32,000 bases of DNA. Source: Promethearchaeum syntrophicum. GTDB taxonomy: Archaea; Asgardarchaeota; Lokiarchaeia; Sigyniarchaeales; Promethearchaeaceae. The stretch spans positions 3,300,001 to 3,332,000 of the forward strand of contig NZ_CP042905.2 in NCBI RefSeq assembly GCF_008000775.2, in the 5' to 3' direction. Below are positions 16,462 through 23,465 of the stretch, piece by piece. The notes below the pieces were generated by a model. It ran no database searches. It saw nothing but the letters and a program-made list of their open reading frames with translations, and was not told the origin of the DNA. Positions within the stretch are counted from its first letter, which is position 1. The number at the start of each line of letters is the position of its first letter. The translations under genes and the position numbers were made by a program.

Positions 16462-18319
16462 AACGGCTGAAACAAAGCGGAGATATTATAGGAAAAAAAA
16501 ATCAAAATCAAAAAAAAAAACTAGTAGAAAGAAAAGTAAATCAAATGAAACGAAAAGAAATTTCGATATTTTAAAAAAAAAAAAAATTTTTACAAAAGAA
16601 GAAAAAAAAATACTTGATATTGGAAAAACGGCTTATAATAAGGCGCTAACTCATTATTTTATACCTTCACTTCCTGATCCGGATTTAATTTTCGATTATT
16701 CTAAAACAAAAGGATTTTTTATTGATACTTTCAGTTGGCGTGTAACCTTAAATCTCGCGAATACTCCTTTTTTGCATTTGGATCAAGAGTTCTTAGATTA
16801 TTTCTTTTCTTTAAGTCTTCATGAAATAGCTCATTATGTATATTGCCCATATGACAATCTAACTAATTTGCGCTTACTAGCGGCAGCTATAAAAGGAGGA
16901 GTTTCAAAGAACCATGCTCCAATGATTGTAAATATTTTTTCAGATCTTTTAATCGATAACCGAACACACAGAAAATTTAAAGATTTAATGAATTGGGAAC
17001 TGCAAATTACAGCGGAACAAGCTCTTCAAGAAAGCAAAAGGAATAAACTTAGCAAATTATGGAAATTACTGGTAAGATGCTATGAAATTCTTTGGGATAT
17101 TGAAATATTACCTAAAACAATGATATCGGATGAATTAAATAAAATAGCTGGAAAAACTTGTGATATAATTCTAAAAAATTATGAGAATGAAAGCCTTTGG
17201 GAAAAAAAGGTTCAAAAAATTGCTAAAATTCTGAAAGATCTTTTAAAAGAGGAATGCAAATTAGCCAATACTACGGAAAATATGGAAGGGAAAAATAGAT
17301 CCAAAAACGGTGATAAACAAGGAAATCCTTTTTCCATTCCGAATGATGTTTTGGAAACATTTGGGGATATTTCGGAAGTTAAAAACATTGATATGATAAA
17401 AGGTGGAGATTCAGGTAATAAAAAATCAAGAGGACCGAATGAGATATCTGAAATAGAAAATGCAGCTGAAGAACTTGCGCAGGAAATAGATTGCAAAACT
17501 TTTTTGGATGTTCTAAATCTTTATGGATTGGGTTCTCTTAATGAAAAATTGGGAATTTGGTATAGGAGTAGAGCAAAAAATTTACTTAGATTTAATTATT
17601 ATGAAAGTAAACCAAGTGGAGCAATCCCCTTATACCCAGAAACTTGGAGAATTGGAGATTCGTTAGAAGAACTAGATCCCGTTCAAACACTTTTAGCAAG
17701 TCCTTCAATAATTCCAAATATAACTACTCGTAAGTGGTCCCATCAAGAAGGTCCAAGTCATAGAATATCAAAAGAGCTTCCGGATATGATGATTGTAATA
17801 GACAGTTCAGGTTCGATGGATTGGGACTTTAAACGAAAAAAAATTTCTGGAAGATATCACATCTCCCTTTTAGCTGCATTCGCAGCCCTTCACTATGCAA
17901 TTAATAATGGAAGTCATGTTTCAGCAATCAATTTTTCAAATCGTGTCAAAAAAACTACATGGACAAACAATTTTTATAAAATAGAGCAAATTTTATTGAG
18001 TTATATTGGCCAAGGAACTGTTTTACCTACAAAAACTATGATACAAATGGCAAAATCGGCCGATCGTCCATCACTTATTATTTTGATATCTGATTTAGAA
18101 CTTTATAATTGGGAAAACGCACTAAAAACATTTAAAATCTTAATGCAAAGGGGGCATACTCTTATCGCTTTTTTTATTGATGGAGATGAAGAATTATTAG
18201 AACAAGAGGATTTTCAAGAGCTTATTGCAAGAGGTGCGAAATTTTATTGTGTTCACAAAATGAAAGATCTTATCGGACTTGTTATTTCTGAGGTGCAAGA
18301 AGTCTATACTAATCTATAA
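16442..18319 (+). CDS. HExxH metallopeptidase-like plus vWA domain protein (DUF2201-like partner of MoxR)
   Basis: In-frame ATGs lie at 16442, 16445 and 16454. The last gives ATGACTGA, overlapping the MoxR stop (16459-16461). A lysine-rich tail (RKKKSKSKKKTSRKKSK) comes first, followed by LSLHEIAHYVYCPYD (HExxH) and NIFSDLLIDN. The C-terminal vWA domain has the MIDAS motif IVIDSSGSMDW. Confidence 0.8.
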   Translation: MMKFMTETAETKRRYYRKKKSKSKKKTSRKKSKSNETKRNFDILKKKKIFTKEEKKILDIGKTAYNKALTHYFIPSLPDPDLIFDYSKTKGFFIDTFSWRVTLNLANTPFLHLDQEFLDYFFSLSLHEIAHYVYCPYDNLTNLRLLAAAIKGGVSKNHAPMIVNIFSDLLIDNRTHRKFKDLMNWELQITAEQALQESKRNKLSKLWKLLVRCYEILWDIEILPKTMISDELNKIAGKTCDIILKNYENESLWEKKVQKIAKILKDLLKEECKLANTTENMEGKNRSKNGDKQGNPFSIPNDVLETFGDISEVKNIDMIKGGDSGNKKSRGPNEISEIENAAEELAQEIDCKTFLDVLNLYGLGSLNEKLGIWYRSRAKNLLRFNYYESKPSGAIPLYPETWRIGDSLEELDPVQTLLASPSIIPNITTRKWSHQEGPSHRISKELPDMMIVIDSSGSMDWDFKRKKISGRYHISLLAAFAALHYAINNGSHVSAINFSNRVKKTTWTNNFYKIEQILLSYIGQGTVLPTKTMIQMAKSADRPSLIILISDLELYNWENALKTFKILMQRGHTLIAFFIDGDEELLEQEDFQELIARGAKFYCVHKMKDLIGLVISEVQEVYTNL

Positions 18320-18357
18320 AAGAAAAATAAAATAATAAGGAATAATTTGGTGATATT

Positions 18358-19044
18358 ATGGTATTAACTGAAGAAAAAGAAAAAGATTATCAAGAAATTG
18401 TATTAAATGGTGCTAAAAAGATTTTTGAGGGTAAGCTCGTTGAATTTGGAGAAGGAAATGTATCAATTCGAGTGAAAAAACAGGATGAAATGTTTATTAC
18501 CCCTACACAAAATGATTATTCTACATTAAAATCACAAGAAATTGTACATATTCAGTTTGATGGAATTCAATTAAGTAAGGGACGTCCTGCATCATCTGAA
18601 TACCGTTTACATACCTCAATTTACCGTGCGCGTCCGAAAGCAAATTGTATCATTCATACTCATTCAGTCTATGCAAGCATGTTAGCAACAGTTAAACAAA
18701 AAATTCCCGTCTTATTAGAGGAAATGATTTTCTTCTTGGGAGGTGAAATAGAAGTTGCTGATTATACGCCGGCGGGAACCCAAGAAATTGGAGAAGTTGC
18801 CCTAAAAGCAATGGGTGATAAAAATGCAGTTCTGTTAACAAATCATGGAGTTTTAGTATGCGGAAGAGATATGAAAACTGCAGTTAAAAATGCAAAGTTA
18901 GTTGAAAAATTATCTAAAATATATTGGGGGGCTACTCAAATTGGAAAAATTCAAACAGTGAAACCAGAACAATGGCAAAAATGGTTGGATTTATTTAAAG
19001 CAATGCATAGCACAGTTCCTCGAAAAAAAAAAGTAAGCAAATGA
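18358..19044 (+). CDS. Class II aldolase/adducin-family protein (L-fuculose-phosphate aldolase / MtnB-like)
   Basis: 228-aa ORF. Motifs are GEGNVSIRV, PSSEYRLHTSIY, CIIHTHSVYASMLA and TNHGVLVCGRDMKTA. A GGTGAT Shine-Dalgarno sequence lies 5 nt upstream. The gene begins 38 nt after the vWA gene. Confidence 0.85.
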   Translation: MVLTEEKEKDYQEIVLNGAKKIFEGKLVEFGEGNVSIRVKKQDEMFITPTQNDYSTLKSQEIVHIQFDGIQLSKGRPASSEYRLHTSIYRARPKANCIIHTHSVYASMLATVKQKIPVLLEEMIFFLGGEIEVADYTPAGTQEIGEVALKAMGDKNAVLLTNHGVLVCGRDMKTAVKNAKLVEKLSKIYWGATQIGKIQTVKPEQWQKWLDLFKAMHSTVPRKKKVSK

Positions 19045-19078
19045 AGCAGGGATTTTTAAATTTAAATAGGTTCAGAAA

Positions 19079-19090
19079 TTTTTTTTTTTT
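19079..19090 (+). terminator. Oligo-T terminator after the aldolase gene
   Basis: A T12 run lies 35 nt downstream of the stop codon at 19042-19044. Confidence 0.5.
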
Positions 19091-19184
19091 AAACCTCAAT
19101 TTGTTTTTCGATAGTGTATGGATCATTCCTAGATATTATTAATATATTATATTACTGAGATTTTAGTTAAATTCGAAGATTAAT

Positions 19185-19757
19185 ATGCAGCAATTAAATA
19201 TACCAAATTTTGAACAGAAGATGCATTTAGAAGCCATACTTTTTTTATCAAACCAAGGGATATCAATTGCTGATCTGTCAAAGAAGATGAATCTTTCTCC
19301 TAAAACGATTAGAAAATTAGCCACAGAATTAATAGAAGATTATCAAAATCAATCAGATTCTTTGGAAATTTATGAAAATGAAGAAATAATTTATATGAAA
19401 GTTAAACCAAAAATTATGCGTGACCCGAAATTAGCGAAATTCCTTCATTCCCCGAAATTAAAACCAGGAGAAATAAAAACTTTAGGCTATATTGCAATCA
19501 ATCAACCAATAGAACAACAAGATATTATCGATTTTGTTGGTATCAGTGCAAAACGCTCCATTCAACAATTATTTAAACAAAATTTTATTGCAATATCAAA
19601 AATTCAAAATAAATATTTAGACGAAAATGGGAAAGAAAGAAAAAAAACAACTAAAGAATTTAAAACAACACAATTTTTTGCAGATTATTTCGGAGTAGAG
19701 AATAATATTAATGAAATTCAAGAAAAATTAAATGATTCGATATCAAAACTTTCATGA
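19185..19757 (+). CDS. scpB: Segregation and condensation protein B
   Basis: 190-aa ORF. The first winged helix has LEAILFLSNQGISIADLSKKM. The second has LGYIAINQPIEQQDIIDFVGISAKRSIQQL. The C-terminal part has TTQFFADYFGV. This order matches ScpB. Confidence 0.8.
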   Translation: MQQLNIPNFEQKMHLEAILFLSNQGISIADLSKKMNLSPKTIRKLATELIEDYQNQSDSLEIYENEEIIYMKVKPKIMRDPKLAKFLHSPKLKPGEIKTLGYIAINQPIEQQDIIDFVGISAKRSIQQLFKQNFIAISKIQNKYLDENGKERKKTTKEFKTTQFFADYFGVENNINEIQEKLNDSISKLS

Positions 19758-19806
19758 AATAAATTTAAAATTAATCTTTTAAATAAGTCTTGTTCAATTT
19801 AATTTG

Positions 19807-20772
19807 ATGGAAAAAATTTATAATAAAAAAAAAACAATATCGAAGGGAGAATTTCTAAAAAAATCTAAAGAAATTAATCCACTTTTAAAAAAAATACAGA
19901 AAAACATTAACGTTGATGCAGGTTATGGAAGTTTTTTTATTACATCCACGAATTTTAAACTGTTTAATAGAGAATGGGTTCCAAAAAATATTACTCCATC
20001 ATCAAAGGTGATTATTTGCATTCATGGAATGCATTCTCATGGAGAAAAATTTGTTTTACTTGCAGATAAATTTGTAAATTTTAATTGGGTAACAATTGCC
20101 GTTGATTTAAGAGGACATGGGTTGAGTTGGGATAAATTTGAAGAGCGGGGAGATATTGAAAATTATTCTCTTTGGATTTCAGATTTAAAAGAATTCTTCA
20201 AATATATTTCTGAAAAATATAAAAATCTACCACTACACATCATTTCTGAAAGCATGGGGAGTGCGATTTCAATATTAGTGGCAATAAAAAATCCTTCTCT
20301 ATTAAAATCTTTAATATTACTCTCCCCTGCTTTAAAACCTTGGGCTGTTACTGAAATTAGTTTAATTCAAAAAGCATTTACATATGGATTGATTGGAGGA
20401 GCAGAGAAGCAAATTATTTTAAACAAAGCTAAAGGTAGATTTTCTACTAATTCTGAAGAATACATACAATATCAATTAAATGATCCATTCCGTTTAGATA
20501 AAGTGTCCCCACGGTATTATTTTCAAATAATTAAGATGATTCATCAATTAAAAGCATTAGATTTTAATAATTTTTATCCTACCTTAATTTTTTTTGGGGG
20601 TTCAGACCATATTATAGATTTTACAGGGCTTAAGGAATTAATTTATCGTTTGAAAATTCGTGATAAGGGTTTACACTACATCCCGAAAGCATCTCATGAA
20701 TTATTAACTGACCATCAGGCAATAAAATATAATCTCTATAAAAAAATAATATCTTGGATTCAAATGCATTAA
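19807..20772 (+). CDS. Alpha/beta-fold hydrolase, lysophospholipase/monoacylglycerol-lipase-like
   Basis: The ATG is at 19807; the track starts one codon earlier at a TTG. Motifs are CIHGMHSHGEKF, DLRGHGLS, the nucleophile elbow IISESMGSA (Ser present), GGSDHIID and the His region KASHELL. It is a paralogue of the gene at 12-1013. Confidence 0.8.
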   Translation: MEKIYNKKKTISKGEFLKKSKEINPLLKKIQKNINVDAGYGSFFITSTNFKLFNREWVPKNITPSSKVIICIHGMHSHGEKFVLLADKFVNFNWVTIAVDLRGHGLSWDKFEERGDIENYSLWISDLKEFFKYISEKYKNLPLHIISESMGSAISILVAIKNPSLLKSLILLSPALKPWAVTEISLIQKAFTYGLIGGAEKQIILNKAKGRFSTNSEEYIQYQLNDPFRLDKVSPRYYFQIIKMIHQLKALDFNNFYPTLIFFGGSDHIIDFTGLKELIYRLKIRDKGLHYIPKASHELLTDHQAIKYNLYKKIISWIQMH

Positions 20773-20861
20773 AAAACCTGATTTAAACAAAAAACAGTAA
20801 AAAGTAAAATGAGAATAGGTAAAAGAAAAAAAATCTAAGAATATATTTTTATTTAAGTATC

Positions 20862-22013
20862 TTATTTATTTTTTTTCTTTAAAATTGAAGAAGTTATAGC
20901 AGTTGCTGCAATAATTGCAACACTGCTACCTCCAATAATCCATGGCACCAACGATGAAGAAGTTCCAGAAAGTATGTAGTCATCTACTAAGTCTTCAAAT
21001 GGAAAATAACCAGCACCAGAGGTAACCACTACTAAATTCTCAGCAGGTAATACTAGAATATTTTGATTGAGCGATCCACGCGCACTGAAGCTATCTTTCC
21101 AGTCATATATCCACCATTTATAACCATACCCTACTCCAAAATTTCGTGCAAAATCAAGTTCGATATGAGAGCGCGTAGAATTTTCAACCCATTCTTTAGA
21201 AATAAGTTGCATTCCATCCCAACTCCCATTATTTAGATATAAATATCCAATTTTTGCCATATCTCTGGGGATTAAATTTAACAAAGTTCCTCCATTTGGG
21301 ACACCAAACCTATCTCCAGTCCACAGATAATTAGCAATACCTAATGGATCAAACAATGAATTTTTTGCAAGGTTTGCAGTTCCATTTTCAAAAACAGTGT
21401 TAATGATTGTTGAGAGCACATGGGAGCAACCAGTATTATAGTTCCATTCTTGCCCCGGTTCTGAATCCATTGGTTTACTGAGCACATATTCAGCAGGATT
21501 TCCAGAATCCATCATTGAGTAATAATCTGTCTCATCGATCCATTCTAATCCTGAAGTCATTGTTAGAAGGTGTCGAAAATTAATTCTCTCTTTCATTGGA
21601 TCCATATTTTGAATATTTAAATCAGGTAAATAATCCAATATTGGATCTTCAAGAGAATTGATATATCCTTCTTCAAGACAAATCCCCATCAATGATGAAG
21701 TGATAACTTTAGTGCAAGAATATATATTACTAGGGAAAGTTTGGGTGAATTCAAAACGATATTTCTCGTATACAATGTATCCATTTCGAATGACTAATAA
21801 AGATTTTAGATTATTAGTCCAATCACTGGACTCTATGTAATTATCCAAATCTTGTATTCTATTATTTATCATCCCTTGTTCTTCTGGAGTGGAAATCTGC
21901 CATCCATCTGTTGGCCAATAATCAGGAGTCCAATCATTATCCGAAACAGTTAAATGAATAGGTGAAATTGAGAGTGTGCATAATAATAAAATAATATAGA
22001 ATGAAAATTTCAT
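20862..22013 (-). CDS. Beta-lactamase-family serine hydrolase (class C / PBP4*-like), secreted with a C-terminal membrane anchor
   Basis: 383-aa ORF. The N-terminal signal-like segment is MKFSFYIILLLCTLSISP. Motifs are SxxK (YSCTKVITS) and Y-x-N (WNYNTG). The C-terminus has a Ser-rich linker, the TM helix VPWIIGGSSVAIIAATAITSSIL and a basic tail KKKNK. Confidence 0.85.
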   Translation of the reverse strand: MKFSFYIILLLCTLSISPIHLTVSDNDWTPDYWPTDGWQISTPEEQGMINNRIQDLDNYIESSDWTNNLKSLLVIRNGYIVYEKYRFEFTQTFPSNIYSCTKVITSSLMGICLEEGYINSLEDPILDYLPDLNIQNMDPMKERINFRHLLTMTSGLEWIDETDYYSMMDSGNPAEYVLSKPMDSEPGQEWNYNTGCSHVLSTIINTVFENGTANLAKNSLFDPLGIANYLWTGDRFGVPNGGTLLNLIPRDMAKIGYLYLNNGSWDGMQLISKEWVENSTRSHIELDFARNFGVGYGYKWWIYDWKDSFSARGSLNQNILVLPAENLVVVTSGAGYFPFEDLVDDYILSGTSSSLVPWIIGGSSVAIIAATAITSSILKKKNK

Positions 22014-22138
22014 GATGTGATCAATAATGAAAAACAGATTTATATATATATTGGTTTTGCATAAAGTGCAAAGTATTTTATATAGGTTGAATTATCTATA
22101 AAAATCGTATTTTTATTTAAATTGATTGAAAAGCATTA

Positions 22139-22335
22139 CCCATAATTTAAATTTGCCTTAAAACGTTTGTAATTCGTAAATTAATAATAGAAGTTACTCC
22201 TTAATATTTGAGACTTTTAAAAGATGAGTAACTCTAACCAATGTAACATCACGATTGGTTATGATGAAAAACTGAGATTTTTCCGTTAATTTTTTGGCCA
22301 TATCACCGACAATATTAAAACACCGATTAAAGATT
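22139..22335 (-). pseudogene. Decayed duplicate of the smc 3' end, with a few nt of its 3' flank
   Basis: 22163-22310 aligns with 23512-23660 (offset 1349-1350). A hand count gives roughly three-quarters identity with one 1-nt gap. The minus-strand translation is GDMAKKLTEKSQFFIITNRDVTLVRVTHLLKVSNIKE(stop). After the frameshift it reads GVTSIINLRITNV. The intact SMC reads ADMVKELSEKSQFIIITHRDVTMARVDHLLGVSNIEGVTSVINLSIRNV. The fragment has no start codon and no upstream SMC sequence. Confidence 0.8.
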
Positions 22336-22371
22336 TTTATCCCGAATTTCAATATAATATTAGAAAAAAAA

Positions 22372-23331
22372 TTAGATATTTATTTTTTGGAAAATCAGGG
22401 GCCAAAATACAATCCCAAATAGTAATGTTAGCATGTGCATTAGAGTATTTTGCCAGAAAACTGATGAAGACAGAAATAGATCTAATCCCATAAAAAAACA
22501 TAGAATCAATATTAATCCAAGGATCAATCGAATTAAGCCCTTCCACCATTTTTTTTCACGTATGTTTTCATTAAAATTAATATACTTCTGTTCAACATAA
22601 AATCCAATACTCATCCCTAAAAGCTGTCCACATGGAGTTCCTATATTATATGTAGAATTATATAAGATTTCCGTTAAAATTAAAATTATAATCGCTAAAA
22701 TTATTCCACAAATAGAGAGTACTCCTTGATTAATTGCTTTTTTTTCAAGAAATGAATATATTGGGTTTCGCAAAATTAACACTAAAAGAAGTATAATCAT
22801 TCCAAACAACCATCCTGTCAATACATCTCCCAACCAATGAACGCCTAAATAATTTCTTGACAATCCTACAAGGATTATTATAATAATTGAAGTAACCCAC
22901 ATCCACCATTTTTTTAAATAAATTGCAATATATCCCCACCATACAGATGAAGACATTGCATGCCCACTTGGGGTGCTCAAATGTCCTGCACCGATTAGAA
23001 TCCACAAAGATTCATCAGGTCTTCCCCTATTTATCAAAGCTTTTGAATAAAAATTTACAAAATTTGAACCAACATAGACTCTAAACAGTGATTTAGCATA
23101 TTGCTTATTGATTCCCCAGTAGAAAATAAAAAACATACCATAATATACATAGGTTCCTCCAAATTCTGTTATAAATCTCCAAATATAATCAGTCCCAGGG
23201 AAAATATCTCTTAACCACTCGTTCCACCAAAAATCATATAAAATTGGAATAATGAGAAGAATAGAAATCAATATTACACAAATTATTATCGAGGTAATTT
23301 TAATCCAGATTAATTTATTTTTTTGATCCAT
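22372..23331 (-). CDS. PAP2-family membrane phosphatase with extra C-terminal transmembrane segments
   Basis: 319-aa polytopic ORF. All three PAP2 motifs are present: KALINRGRP (KxxxxxxRP), PSGH and SRNYLGVHWLGDV (SRxxxxxHxxxD). Confidence 0.85.
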   Translation of the reverse strand: MDQKNKLIWIKITSIIICVILISILLIIPILYDFWWNEWLRDIFPGTDYIWRFITEFGGTYVYYGMFFIFYWGINKQYAKSLFRVYVGSNFVNFYSKALINRGRPDESLWILIGAGHLSTPSGHAMSSSVWWGYIAIYLKKWWMWVTSIIIIILVGLSRNYLGVHWLGDVLTGWLFGMIILLLVLILRNPIYSFLEKKAINQGVLSICGIILAIIILILTEILYNSTYNIGTPCGQLLGMSIGFYVEQKYINFNENIREKKWWKGLIRLILGLILILCFFMGLDLFLSSSVFWQNTLMHMLTLLFGIVFWPLIFQKINI

Positions 23332-23465
23332 TCAAACCACTTATATAATTGTTAGCTTATTCCCCTAAAAAATACTATTATGGAAATAAGGATTTCTTCT
23401 TAATGCTAGGTGGAATTTAATCATCAAATGTTCTGAATAGTAATATTGTTTATTCATAATTTAGA

